Assembly: GCA_036736205.1 (NCBI GenBank)
Contig: DAINMX010000003.1
Span: forward strand, 15,619 to 78,337
Source of the DNA: Myxococcota bacterium
GTDB lineage: Bacteria; Myxococcota; XYA12-FULL-58-9
DNA length: 62,719 nt
Direction: 5' to 3'
Shown: positions 44,423-54,151 of the stretch, piece after piece
Position numbering within the stretch: the stretch's first letter is position 1
How the letters are laid out: every line of letters starts with the position of its first letter
Notes under the pieces: generated by a model
The model's input: only the letters and a program-made list of their open reading frames with translations
Told to the model about the DNA's origin: nothing
Databases searched by the model: none
Translations under genes and position numbers: made by a program

Positions 44423-47014
44423 TCAGTCCGTGACGGCCTTCTGATCCTCGTCGTCGAGCTCGGGATCGCGCTTGTAGTCACAATCCTTTTGCGGACAAGA
44501 TATGGTCACGCCGTCGCGCTTGGTCCACTTGCGAATAAGATAGGAATGGTTGCAGGTCGGACACGGCCCTTCCACGGGGCGGTTCCACGCAGCGAAAGTG
44601 CAGTTGGGATAGCTCGAACAGCCGAAGAATATGCGGCCGCGATTTGAGCGCCGCTCCACCACATAGCCACCACACTTCTGGGGACAGACAACACCTATCG
44701 GCATAGGACGAGTGCCCTTGCAGTCAGGATAGGCCCTGCAGGCGAGGAACTTCCCATAGCGTCCACGCTTGACCACCATCGAGCCCGCGCACGTAGGACA
44801 AACCTCGTCGGTGGTCTGCTCCGGCAAAATTTCGATGGTGCTGTCGACGCGGCGCTTGTACTCGCGCGTCGTGCGACACTTGGGATAGCCGAGGCAGGCG
44901 AGGAACGAACCATTGCGCCCCCACTTGATCACCATGTTTTCGCCGCACTTCTCGCAGTGGTGCTCAGTCGGGATTTCTTCGCGCTTGACGTTGCGCATCT
45001 CGACCTTGGCTTTTTCGACGCTGTCTTTGAAACCTCCGTGATAGAAATCCTTGAGCAACTCGATCCAATCAACGCTGCCCTCTTCGACCTTGTCGAGTTG
45101 CTCCTCCATTCTCGCTGTGAACTCCACATCAAGAATGCGCGGGAACGACACCATCAACAGATCGGTAATCAAAAATCCGAGCTCACTCGGATAAAAACGG
45201 CCGTCCTCCTTGGTGACGTAGTTACGAGAGACGATTGTGGACATGATGGCAGCGTAGGTCGATGGTCGACCAATTCCCTGGACCTCAAGCTCTTTGACCA
45301 ACGAGCTCTCAGAGAAACGCGGCGGTGGCTGCGTAAACTTCTGTTGCGGATCGATCTTGTTGCATTGGAGCTGCTCGTTCTCCTCGAGCATCGGCAGAAT
45401 GCCCTCTTGGGCTTCGGCACCCTTCTCCTCGACTTCCGCGATCTCATCCTCCACCTCTTCGCCGACACCATAGGCAGCGAGAAAACCGGCAAACTTGAGG
45501 ACCGAGCCCGTGGAACGCAGAGTGAACCGATCAGCAGCAATGTCGACGGTGGTTTGGTCGTAGACCGCAGGGACCATTTGACAGGCAACAAACCAACGCC
45601 AAATGAGCTGGTAGAGCTTGTTCTGGTCCTTGCTCAGATAGGGTGCGACCTTTTCCGGCGGGTATTCCATCGAAGTTGGGCGGACCGCTTCGTGGGCATC
45701 TTGGGCGCTCTTCTTGCTCTTGTAAATATTCGGCTGCTCAGGAAGGAAGTCTTTGCCAAAGGCCTGGTCGATGTGCTCTCGGACCGCGACGACCGCCTCT
45801 GCGGAAATGCGGGTCGAGTCCGTACGCATGTAGGTAATCAAGCCAACCGAGCCTTCGGTACCGATTTCCACACCTTCGTAGAGTTGTTGCGCCACCATCA
45901 TGGTGCGCTTGGCAGTGAACCGCAGGCGATTCGCCGCCTCCTGCTGCAGCTTGGAAGTGATCAATGGCGGATTGGGTCTGCGACGCCGCTCCTTGCGGAT
46001 GACCGAATCAACACGAAACTGCGCCTGACTGAGGGTTTTCAACGCCAGGGCGGCGTGGTCACCGTTGTTCGGCCTAAACTTCTCGCCATTCTCCTTGATG
46101 ACCTTGGCGAAAAACGGCGGCGGGTTGTCACCGGCGAGCTGACACTCAATGGCCCAGTATTCCTCTGGCACAAACGCGGCGATTTCGCGTTCCCGCTCGA
46201 CAACCAGGCGTACCGCCACCGACTGCACCCGGCCGGCGGAGAGCCCGCGCCGAACCTTGTCCCAAAGGATTGGACTTATCTGGTAACCAACGATGCGATC
46301 GAGAATGCGACGGGCCTGTTGCGCTTCGTACTTGGCTTTGTCTAGGGGCGTTGGATTCTGCAACGCCTCCTGCACCGCCCGCTTGGTGATCTCATTAAAG
46401 GTGATGCGATAGATGTGACCTTCGTGCCGCTTGCCGAGTTCATCGGCAATATGCCAGGCGATGGCCTCTCCTTCACGGTCGGGGTCAGGGGCTAGATATA
46501 TGTTCTCAGCGGTCCGCGCAGCGTCTTTGATCTCCTTGATGACCTTGCTCTTGCCGCGGATCACCTCGTAATTGGGCGTGAACTCGTTGTCGATATCGAC
46601 ACTGAGCTGACTCTTGGGCAGGTCCTTGATGTGGCCCACCGACGCTTTGACGGTGTAACCTCGACCTAGATACTTCTTGATGGTCTTGGCCTTGGCAGGG
46701 GACTCCACAATCACCAAAGCGCCCTTGCGGACGCTTGCGGTTTTGGCGTTCTTCTCTGACCCATCATTGGCAACTCGAGACGCAACCGCCGCCTTCGCCA
46801 CAACTTTCTTCGCTACCGTCTTGTTGGCCTTCTTCTTGGTCGTCTTCTTCTTGCCCGTTCTGGGCTTTTTCGTCGCTACCTTGCTGGTCTTGACTTTTTT
46901 GCCCGGCAACGTGCCACTCTGCGGGAGCTTCCCCGTGGTATCAGCCTCGGTTGCCGTTTTCGTCAGCGGTTGATCTGTGTTCAGCGCATCCGGCGAATTG
47001 GTACTATCAGCCAT
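44423..47014 (-). CDS. topA: DNA topoisomerase I with a Lys-rich N-terminal extension
   Basis: The TOPRIM domain starts at ALVIVESPAKAKTIKKYLG and the catalytic Tyr region reads GLITYMRTDSTRIS. Four C-terminal Zn-ribbon CxxC pairs are present. The start was set at ATG 47014 (MADSTNS); the 54 upstream codons of the tracked ORF were rejected. Confidence 0.93.
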   Translation of the reverse strand: MADSTNSPDALNTDQPLTKTATEADTTGKLPQSGTLPGKKVKTSKVATKKPRTGKKKTTKKKANKTVAKKVVAKAAVASRVANDGSEKNAKTASVRKGALVIVESPAKAKTIKKYLGRGYTVKASVGHIKDLPKSQLSVDIDNEFTPNYEVIRGKSKVIKEIKDAARTAENIYLAPDPDREGEAIAWHIADELGKRHEGHIYRITFNEITKRAVQEALQNPTPLDKAKYEAQQARRILDRIVGYQISPILWDKVRRGLSAGRVQSVAVRLVVEREREIAAFVPEEYWAIECQLAGDNPPPFFAKVIKENGEKFRPNNGDHAALALKTLSQAQFRVDSVIRKERRRRPNPPLITSKLQQEAANRLRFTAKRTMMVAQQLYEGVEIGTEGSVGLITYMRTDSTRISAEAVVAVREHIDQAFGKDFLPEQPNIYKSKKSAQDAHEAVRPTSMEYPPEKVAPYLSKDQNKLYQLIWRWFVACQMVPAVYDQTTVDIAADRFTLRSTGSVLKFAGFLAAYGVGEEVEDEIAEVEEKGAEAQEGILPMLEENEQLQCNKIDPQQKFTQPPPRFSESSLVKELEVQGIGRPSTYAAIMSTIVSRNYVTKEDGRFYPSELGFLITDLLMVSFPRILDVEFTARMEEQLDKVEEGSVDWIELLKDFYHGGFKDSVEKAKVEMRNVKREEIPTEHHCEKCGENMVIKWGRNGSFLACLGYPKCRTTREYKRRVDSTIEILPEQTTDEVCPTCAGSMVVKRGRYGKFLACRAYPDCKGTRPMPIGVVCPQKCGGYVVERRSNRGRIFFGCSSYPNCTFAAWNRPVEGPCPTCNHSYLIRKWTKRDGVTISCPQKDCDYKRDPELDDEDQKAVTD

Positions 47015-47280
47015 TCTCACCTCGACAGCGGGCCTTACCCTACGCAGCCCCCCCGGCGCAAGTGTCTGTGTACAAAGGCAATTTGCCTCAAGTCCAGGGC
47101 CGCACAATAAACACAATGTTTTCCGAGTGTTGAGTTCCTTTGTCACTTCTTCTCGAGGCCCATCTGACAACGGCACAAACGGGCGAGAGAAGAAAAAATG
47201 GCAAAAAGGCAGCGCTCGACTGGCAGCGCCGCAGCAACTATCTTGCCGTCGAGAAAGGGACTCGATACAGGCAGTCGCGA

Positions 47281-48042
47281 ATGCAACACCACCTTTATAG
47301 TGCCATGGCGGTCGCCCTCACACTGTGCACGACATGGCCCACCACGGCCCTCGCCGAAACCTTTGCCGAGCAGGCCGAGCCCGACTTCGCCCTGGCGCTG
47401 GTACGGTATCAGGGTTCCTACAATCCTCGCCCCAATGGTTTGGCGAGGCTTGCGTGGGAGATTCGACGACGGACGAGCATTGCCGTCGATCTCGAAGTGG
47501 CCGCTGCAGATCCCGCAACCGACGTCATTTTCGAGTACCCACTCTTGGTATGGCAGGGAGACACGGATTTCCCACCCCTCGGTGAAGCCGCTGTGATCCG
47601 CCTGCGCCGCCATCTCTCAATGGGCGGAACCCTATTGGTAGACGCCGCCGATGGACTCGCCGACGGTGCGTTTCTGCGAGCCGTCAAACGGGATCTCGCC
47701 CGCACCTTCCCCGACAAGTCCATAGAGAGAATCCCGAGCAACCACGTCCTCTACAAATCCTACTATTTGCTCGATCGCCATGGCGGCCGAGTGGCGGCAC
47801 AGCCATTCCTCGAAGGCCTGTTTGTCGAAAACCGACTCGCCGTTGTCATTAGCGCCAATGACCTCGCTGGGGCGATGGCGCGCGACGAGTTTGGTCAGTG
47901 GGAGTACGACGTCGGGGCTGGTGGAATGGCAACCCGTGAGACAACCTTCCGACTTGGCGTCAATCTGGTGATGTACGCCCTTTGCCTCGACTACAAAGAG
48001 GACCAGGTTCACATCCCCTTCATCCTGCAAAGGCGGCGGTGA
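47281..48042 (+). CDS. DUF4159 domain protein, associated with the Bat/aerotolerance-type operon
   Basis: ATG 47281 gives the signal peptide MQHHLYSAMAVALTLCTTWPTTALAE. The segments FALALVRYQG.YNPRP, YPLLVWQGD and GGTLLVD are typical of DUF4159. Confidence 0.7.
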   Translation: MQHHLYSAMAVALTLCTTWPTTALAETFAEQAEPDFALALVRYQGSYNPRPNGLARLAWEIRRRTSIAVDLEVAAADPATDVIFEYPLLVWQGDTDFPPLGEAAVIRLRRHLSMGGTLLVDAADGLADGAFLRAVKRDLARTFPDKSIERIPSNHVLYKSYYLLDRHGGRVAAQPFLEGLFVENRLAVVISANDLAGAMARDEFGQWEYDVGAGGMATRETTFRLGVNLVMYALCLDYKEDQVHIPFILQRRR

Positions 48043-48046
48043 GCTG

Positions 48047-50308
48047 GTGCTCGAAGCGACCTACAACGATTGGACATTGGTGTCCTTGTCGCCGCTCACG
48101 CGGAATTTCCAGATCATTGCCATCATCGCGGTCATCGCCGCGTGCTCCACGGTGCTTTGGAGCTACCGCCAGAGCCGACGCCGATGGCCACTGACGTTCT
48201 TGCGCCTCTGTGCGGCTGTGCTCATCATCGGCTTTTTCATCGAACCGGCCCTACAGCTGCGAGTGGTACGCAAGGTGAGAAATCGACTCGCCATTGTCGT
48301 CGACCGCTCTGTGAGCATGGCACTCAAGACCGCGACTGGGCGCTCACGCCATGAGCATGTCCTCGCGCGACTGCAAGCAGATGCCGATGATCTCACTTCC
48401 CTGGGCGAATCCCATGTCGTCGAGCTTTTCGACCTCGAGGGTCCCTTGACCAACGACGCGCTCGTGACGCCGCCCAACGGCGACCGCACTGACTTGCTCA
48501 CCGCTCTCGAATCTGCGCGCGACACCGGCACTGGACGCCCGTTGGCCGGCATTGTCCTCTTCTCCGATGGTGCCGATAACGCAGATCTAGAGCACTTCAA
48601 AAAGAATGGTCTCTCCAGTGCCGCACGCGAGCGACTCGAGCACCTCGGAGCACCAGTCAACGTCGTCGAGGTCACCGCAAGTGATGCCTTCAAAGATGTC
48701 GCGGTGGTCGATGTTCGCACCGACGAGTTTGCGTTTGTACACAACACCTTGGAGATCGACGTCTACATCGAAACTACCGGGTTCAACACTCCCACCTTGC
48801 CTGTCACCCTGCGCCGTGAAGGCGTGGTGGTGGCAACGCAGGAAGCGGTTGCAATCCCTGGAGAAACCCTGGTGGTACACTTCGCGACCAAGCCCGACAA
48901 GATTGGCAGTTTCGTCTACTCGGTGAGTGTGCCATCCTTCGCGGGCGAAGCGATCGCCACCAACAACGAGCGTTCCTTCGTCCTGCAGGTGATCCGCGAC
49001 AAGATTCGCGTCTTACAAGTCGCTGGCCGGCCGAGTTGGGACGAGCGGTTTCTGCGGCAACACCTCAAAGAAAATCCCAACGTTGATCTCATCTCCTTCT
49101 TCATCCTGCGCTCGCCCACCGACGACCCCGCCGCACCGGAAGAGGAGCTGGCGCTCATCCCCTTCCCCGTCAACGAGTTGTTCACCACTGAGCTCGAGTC
49201 CTTCGACGTCATCATTTTTCAGAATTTCGATTACCGCTTGTACAATATGGATCAATATCTTCAAAATATCCGAGACAAGGTTTTTGGCGGCCTCGGTTTC
49301 GTCATGATCGGCGGCAACGAGAGCTTCTCCGGCGGTGGGTATGCCGGAACGCCCATTGATGAGATTGTGCCCTTGCGCATGGATGCCGGCGAGCTTAGTC
49401 GCGACAAGGTCTCCCCGGTGATCACCACGGCCGGCAGACGCCATCCGACCACCGACCTGGCCCGGGGATCCGGGAGCAACGAACGACTGTGGCAGCAGCT
49501 GCCCGGTTGGACGTCTCTCAACCGTACCGGCGGTTTGGTCCATGGTGCCACAGCGTTGGTTGCCGACGCGTCCCTGCGCAGTCTCGACGGCGAGCCGGCC
49601 CCCTTGGTGGCGGTCATGGACGCAGGCCAAGGCAGATCCATGGCCATCGCCACCGACTCGATGTGGCGTTGGCGTTTTGCCATGCACAAAGATGGCGGCG
49701 CTGCCGAGCGCGCCTACCATCGTTTCTGGTCCAACGCCCTGCATTGGTTGGTGCGCGACCCCGAGCACTCGCGCATCAGAGTCGTACCTTCAAAACGTCG
49801 TTTCGACCGCGGCGAGAAGGTAGATGTGAGCTTCATCGTCCGCGGCAGCGATTACCAGCCGGTCCCCTTCGCGCAGTTGCGAGTCGCATTGGATCAGGAG
49901 TTCTCGGGATCGCACCTCGACGATGTGCTCACCGGCGAAGCCGGCACCGCCCAAAAGAATTATGAAGATCTCCCTGCCGGCGCTTATCGGATCTCCGCCG
50001 AGGCCACCGCCGCTGGTGAATCACTGGGCAAGGGAGCGGCCGTATTTCTCATAGAGGACAGGTCCCTGGAGCTCGACCGCGGTGCCCCCCGGCCTGAGGT
50101 GCTCGAGGCCATCGCCAGAACCACCAAGGGCAGATCCCTGCCCTTGGATGGCAACCTGTGGGAAGCCCTCCAGGTCGTCGACCCCGACGTCGTCGAGGTG
50201 GATCAGCGTCGCAACATCGAGCTGTGGGACAACGCCTGGGCCCTCCTCATTGCCGTCGCCCTGTTGGCTCTGGAGTGGGCCATGCGCCGGCGATTCGGCT
50301 ACCTCTGA
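48047..50308 (+). CDS. BatA-like membrane protein: N-terminal double-TM segment, VWA-like domain and a large periplasmic/cytoplasmic region
   Basis: The GTG start lies 5 nt after the DUF4159 stop. Two N-terminal TM helices are followed by NRLAIVVDRSVSMAL (VWA MIDAS-like DxSxS), and there is a C-terminal TM helix. The protein is 753 aa. Confidence 0.65.
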   Translation: MLEATYNDWTLVSLSPLTRNFQIIAIIAVIAACSTVLWSYRQSRRRWPLTFLRLCAAVLIIGFFIEPALQLRVVRKVRNRLAIVVDRSVSMALKTATGRSRHEHVLARLQADADDLTSLGESHVVELFDLEGPLTNDALVTPPNGDRTDLLTALESARDTGTGRPLAGIVLFSDGADNADLEHFKKNGLSSAARERLEHLGAPVNVVEVTASDAFKDVAVVDVRTDEFAFVHNTLEIDVYIETTGFNTPTLPVTLRREGVVVATQEAVAIPGETLVVHFATKPDKIGSFVYSVSVPSFAGEAIATNNERSFVLQVIRDKIRVLQVAGRPSWDERFLRQHLKENPNVDLISFFILRSPTDDPAAPEEELALIPFPVNELFTTELESFDVIIFQNFDYRLYNMDQYLQNIRDKVFGGLGFVMIGGNESFSGGGYAGTPIDEIVPLRMDAGELSRDKVSPVITTAGRRHPTTDLARGSGSNERLWQQLPGWTSLNRTGGLVHGATALVADASLRSLDGEPAPLVAVMDAGQGRSMAIATDSMWRWRFAMHKDGGAAERAYHRFWSNALHWLVRDPEHSRIRVVPSKRRFDRGEKVDVSFIVRGSDYQPVPFAQLRVALDQEFSGSHLDDVLTGEAGTAQKNYEDLPAGAYRISAEATAAGESLGKGAAVFLIEDRSLELDRGAPRPEVLEAIARTTKGRSLPLDGNLWEALQVVDPDVVEVDQRRNIELWDNAWALLIAVALLALEWAMRRRFGYL

Positions 50309-50368
50309 CCTTTCCTCACCACCAAACCCGCCGACTTGCGTTGCGATTCTAGCCAAACCAAGAGCAGG

Positions 50369-51502
50369 CTACCTCAACACGATGACCCCCCCATGCAACA
50401 GGCGGCGCAGAGTCTTGAGGGTCTCGCGCTCGCTCATCGAGCTCACCATGATGAGGCTGCCAACGTCCATGTGAGCGCTCAATCGGTCGACAAGGAAACG
50501 CTCCTCTGGACGAAGGCGCAGCCGGCCGAGTCCGGCCTCATTGGCAGCCAGTGTTGGTACCTTGACAGGGGGCAAGACAGAGTACAGGTCTTTGAGCTGC
50601 TCCTGCAGGGTCTCACGCAGAACCGCGCGCGGCTGTTCTTCATCGGGCCGCAGGCGTACCGCAACCTCCATGAGCGCCACCGCCTCATCGAATTGCCCAG
50701 CTTGGCGCATCACGTCCGCTTGCACCAACAGTCTCTCTATGCGACTCGGCTCGCTGCGCTGATCGCCGCTGTCTGCGACCGCACTGATCGACACCGCGTC
50801 AATTCTCTCCAACGCAGCCAACGCCCGCAGAACCGCAGGTATCGGTGCCCGCAGCTCGAGGCAAATATCGGTGACAGATTGTCCGGCGCTGAGACTCGCA
50901 AGAATTCGCCGCTCCCGCACACCCAGTGTCTCAATGGGCGGGAGACAGTCGTGGTGAATCTCCACACGAACTTCATCAGAGGGAAACCGCTCGCGGATCT
51001 GTTGCCACTCGTCTTGGCGACGCGCCCCCTCCATCAACAGATGGTTGACATCGAGATTGAGTGACAACTTCTCACCAACCTCGTCTAGCTCAAGATCGAG
51101 ACCACGGGCAGCCACATCGCTGAAGACGAACTCTCCAGGCAAATCGAGAAAGAGGTCATAGATTGATTCGCAGGCGAGCTCCGCGAGACACTCTTGCAAC
51201 TGTTCTTCGGTGAGCAGATTGCAGGCCAACAGGGAGCGGTGCAAAGTTACGTCGTGGTGGCGCTTGTACTGCATCGCGCCGCGTAGGTCTTCCTCAGTGA
51301 GCAATCCGCTTGTAACGACAATGTGCCCAAGATTATCGCGAAGCTCGGGCCCCGTGTAACCGGTGACCTGACCCTGTTCCAACAACAGCTCCCATTCATT
51401 GCCGTCTCGAGTCACAACGAGACTGCCTGAGCGCGCCGTCGTCTTCACCCACCCGAGCAAGTCGGAGAGTGGCATGGTTTGCAGTGAGCCTAGGATAGCC
51501 AT
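50369..51502 (-). CDS. DUF4388 (PatA-N-like) domain protein with GspE-N/MshEN-like helical repeats
   Basis: The N-terminus GSLQTMPLSDLLGWVKTTARSGSLVV is typical of DUF4388. It is followed by LGHIVVTSGLLTEEDLRGAMQ and LLACNLLTEEQLQECLAEL. Confidence 0.75.
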   Translation of the reverse strand: MAILGSLQTMPLSDLLGWVKTTARSGSLVVTRDGNEWELLLEQGQVTGYTGPELRDNLGHIVVTSGLLTEEDLRGAMQYKRHHDVTLHRSLLACNLLTEEQLQECLAELACESIYDLFLDLPGEFVFSDVAARGLDLELDEVGEKLSLNLDVNHLLMEGARRQDEWQQIRERFPSDEVRVEIHHDCLPPIETLGVRERRILASLSAGQSVTDICLELRAPIPAVLRALAALERIDAVSISAVADSGDQRSEPSRIERLLVQADVMRQAGQFDEAVALMEVAVRLRPDEEQPRAVLRETLQEQLKDLYSVLPPVKVPTLAANEAGLGRLRLRPEERFLVDRLSAHMDVGSLIMVSSMSERETLKTLRRLLHGGVIVLR

Positions 51503-51648
51503 ATCTAGAACAACTTATTCCTGTTTGAAGTGTTATTGTAGTCCTGATTTACGGAGTGTAGCTCAGCCGTGTTAGTCTCGACCAACGAAATCTTATTATT
51601 CGCATCGGCGCTGTTCCCACTCGCACCCGTGGTGTTCTCAGTAATTCC

Positions 51649-52989
51649 ATGCGAGAGGTAGGCGAAATTTCAGTTGTGGGCGGCGGACTCGCCGGCGTCG
51701 AGGTGGCGTGGCAACTCGCCGAAGGCGGGTCCATCGTCCGTCTCGTGGAGATGAAGCCCCTCGAACGAAGTCCCGCGCACAAGAGTGACTTGCTGGCTGA
51801 GCTCGTCTGCTCCAATTCACTGCGCTCCAACAATCCGAATAATGCGGTCGGACTGCTCAAGCGAGAAATGGCCCGACTTGGCTCCATCGTCATTCGTTGC
51901 GCCGAACAGACCCAGGTGCCAGCGGGAGACGCCCTCGCGGTCAACCGGGCCGATTTCAGCGCCGCGGTGACACGCGCCATCTCCGAACATCCACGCATCC
52001 GTCGGCAAACCCGCTGCATCGTCGATCTGCCGGCGTGCGAGCCGCACGTGGTTGCCACGGGACCCTTGACCGCAGCCGCTCTCGCCCGTGACATTGCAGA
52101 GAAGACCGGGAGCGACCGGATGTTCTTCTATGATGCCATTGCCCCCATCGTCAGCGGCGACAGCATCGACAGGGACATCGTCTTCGCTGCTTCCCGCTAC
52201 GGCAAAGGGGATGGGGACGATTACCTCAACTGTCCCCTGGGCAAAGACGAGTACGAATCCTTCATCGATTCCTTGCTCGCCGCGGAATGCATGCCACTGC
52301 ACGACTTCGAAGAGCCAAAATACTTTGCCGGTTGCATGCCGGTCGAAGTGGTGGCTGCCGACGGCCGTGAGTCGCTCCGATTTGGCACGATGAAGCCCGT
52401 GGGCCTCACCGACCCTCGCACTGGCCGGCGCCCCTACGCCGTCGTGCAGCTGCGTCAGGAGGACAAAGCCGGACAGTCCTTCAACCTGGTCGGCTTCCAA
52501 ACCAAGCTCAAGCACCCGGATCAACGCCACGTCTTTCGCATGATCCCGGGCCTGCACAACGCCGAGTTTCTGCGGCTCGGTGGCGTACACCGCAACACAT
52601 TCATTGACGCTCCAGCCCTGCTCGACGAGCGCATGCGTCTGCGTGGTCACGAACACGTCCGTCTCGCCGGTCAGCTCACTGGCGTCGAGGGCTATGTGGA
52701 GAGCGCCGCCCACGGTTTGCTGGTGGGCTATTTGTACGCGCGAGAGCTTGCCGGCAAAGAAGTCGTGCCCCCACCCCCTGAGACGGCCCTGGGTGCCCTC
52801 TACGAGCACGTCCGCGGTAACCTGCGCTTGCCCAATCGCCCCTACGAGCCGCAAAACATCAATTGGGGAATGTTCCCGCCGCCGCCACCAGAGGTGCGCA
52901 AACGCGAGGTCAAACAGGCTCGAGCCGACCGTGCCATCAAAGTTTTCGCCGCCTGGGCGGCGGAGCAGGGTCTTGACAGCAGTACCTGA
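51649..52989 (+). CDS. trmFO: Methylenetetrahydrofolate--tRNA-(uracil-5-)-methyltransferase TrmFO
   Basis: The FAD-binding motif is ISVVGGGLAGVEVAWQLA, followed by ELVCSNSLRS, FFYDAIAPIV and GQLTGVEGYVESAA. The protein is 446 aa. Confidence 0.92.
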   Translation: MREVGEISVVGGGLAGVEVAWQLAEGGSIVRLVEMKPLERSPAHKSDLLAELVCSNSLRSNNPNNAVGLLKREMARLGSIVIRCAEQTQVPAGDALAVNRADFSAAVTRAISEHPRIRRQTRCIVDLPACEPHVVATGPLTAAALARDIAEKTGSDRMFFYDAIAPIVSGDSIDRDIVFAASRYGKGDGDDYLNCPLGKDEYESFIDSLLAAECMPLHDFEEPKYFAGCMPVEVVAADGRESLRFGTMKPVGLTDPRTGRRPYAVVQLRQEDKAGQSFNLVGFQTKLKHPDQRHVFRMIPGLHNAEFLRLGGVHRNTFIDAPALLDERMRLRGHEHVRLAGQLTGVEGYVESAAHGLLVGYLYARELAGKEVVPPPPETALGALYEHVRGNLRLPNRPYEPQNINWGMFPPPPPEVRKREVKQARADRAIKVFAAWAAEQGLDSST

Positions 52990-53086
52990 CTCTCATTCCG
53001 ATCCGATCCGATCCGACCTGACCGAGCCGCTGCCGTAATCATGCCAGAAGCTTGGGAATGATCGCCTGAGTCGTTATCATGAAAAC

Positions 53087-53965
53087 GTGGAAACACTGTT
53101 AGACAACTTCGGCGCGTTTCTGCGTCAAGAGCGCCGCTATTCCGAGCACACGGCGCGTAGCTACACAACTGACGTCAGAGCCGCCATGGCGTACGCAACC
53201 GAGCATGGACGCGAATCGCCCGAACGTTGGACCACGGACCTGTTGCGCGGTCACCTCGCTCGATGTCGCCGCCCCGATGGCTCTCGTCTCAGCGCAGCTT
53301 CCTTGGCACGCAAGCAGAGTGCTCTACGAACTTTTTTTGGTTGGCTCAAGCGCCAACATCCAGATGTCGGCGATCCCACCGCCGCCTTGCGCGCCCCGAA
53401 GATCGCCAAGCCCTTACCAAGGGCTCTCGACGCTGACGCGGTCATGGCCATGCTTCAACCCCCGCAGGGCAACGACATCAAAGCACTGCGCGACCACGCG
53501 GCCCTGCTCCTGCTCTACGGCCTGGGACTACGTGTCAGCGAAGTAGCCTCGCTGTTGGATGTCGATCTCGATCTTGCCCGCCACGTTGCGCGAGTGCAGG
53601 GCAAAGGCAGCAAGCAGCGCGATGTGCCCATACCGGCCGGATGTATCCCGGCGCTCGCCGCCTACCGGGCGTTGCGACCTGCCACGGCCGGAACACGATT
53701 TCTCGTGGGTCAAAATGACGGCGGTCTCGCGACCCGTACCATCGCTCGAATGGTCGATGGTGCCGCCCTGAGGGCGCTCGGCCGACATGCATCCCCACAC
53801 CAGCTCCGCCATTCCTTTGCCACACATCTGTTGGCGGGCGGCGCGAATCTCCGAGAGATCCAAACCCTGCTCGGCCATGAAAACCTGTCAACCACCCAAC
53901 GCTACACCAAAGTAGGGATCGACCGACTCTTCGCCATCTATGACAAGGCCCACCCACGGGCCTGA
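53087..53965 (+). CDS. Tyrosine site-specific recombinase, XerC/XerD family
   Basis: The N-terminal SAM-like domain reads FLRQERRYSEHTARSYTTDV. The catalytic residues lie in GLRVSE (Arg), HQLRHSFATHLL (His-x-x-Arg) and LLGHENLSTTQRYTKV (His, Tyr). It has a GTG start and lies directly after trmFO, as in many genomes. Confidence 0.88.
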   Translation: METLLDNFGAFLRQERRYSEHTARSYTTDVRAAMAYATEHGRESPERWTTDLLRGHLARCRRPDGSRLSAASLARKQSALRTFFGWLKRQHPDVGDPTAALRAPKIAKPLPRALDADAVMAMLQPPQGNDIKALRDHAALLLLYGLGLRVSEVASLLDVDLDLARHVARVQGKGSKQRDVPIPAGCIPALAAYRALRPATAGTRFLVGQNDGGLATRTIARMVDGAALRALGRHASPHQLRHSFATHLLAGGANLREIQTLLGHENLSTTQRYTKVGIDRLFAIYDKAHPRA

Positions 53966-54151
53966 GGCCATCCATTATTCCCCAGGGGCCCAACACCAGT
54001 CGTTCGCATGACATTCCTTGAAATATTCCCGAGGGGTGAGGCGTCCCATCAGCAATCGGTCGTACGTCTTGATTTGACCGTTGGTATCGCGTCTATATTG
54101 GCGGCGTGGAGCGGTCGCCGAAAACCGCGTCAATCAACATTGGAGGATTTT

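Noticed and set aside
44957-46345. A 462-aa ORF antisense to topA. Similar long antisense or overlapping ORFs occur at 22956-24020, 28335-29309, 32643-33839, 38400-39482, 51817-52854, 49013-49768 and 16688-17344.
   Set aside because: Each lies opposite a gene with strong, recognisable domain motifs. Their translations are Arg/Pro/Ser/Gly-rich with no recognisable domains, as expected for stop-poor non-coding frames in GC-rich DNA.
47015-47176. A 54-codon N-terminal extension of the topA ORF (MPLSDGPREEV...CLLCGPGLEANCLC).
   Set aside because: The Cys-rich translation is unlike the rest of the protein and runs into the divergent promoter region. ATG 47014 was preferred, but this has not been verified.
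51553-51590. A tRNA-like fragment, GGAGTGTAGCTCAGCC, in the DUF4388/trmFO intergenic region.
   Set aside because: It matches only a D-arm-like TAGCTCAGC motif. No anticodon arm, T arm (GGTTCGAATCC-type) or acceptor pairing can be drawn.
53087-53965. The tyrosine recombinase as the integrase of a mobile element, given the tRNA scars elsewhere in the window.
   Set aside because: It lies about 33 kb from the tRNA locus and directly follows trmFO, a widespread housekeeping arrangement. It has XerC/D-type length and motifs, and no phage or ICE genes flank it.
54074-54099. A sigma70-like promoter, TTGACC ... TATATT, upstream of the MlaC-like gene.
   Set aside because: The spacer is only 14 nt, against an optimum of 16-18, and alternative registers give 15 or 19 nt. 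The support is too weak to annotate.
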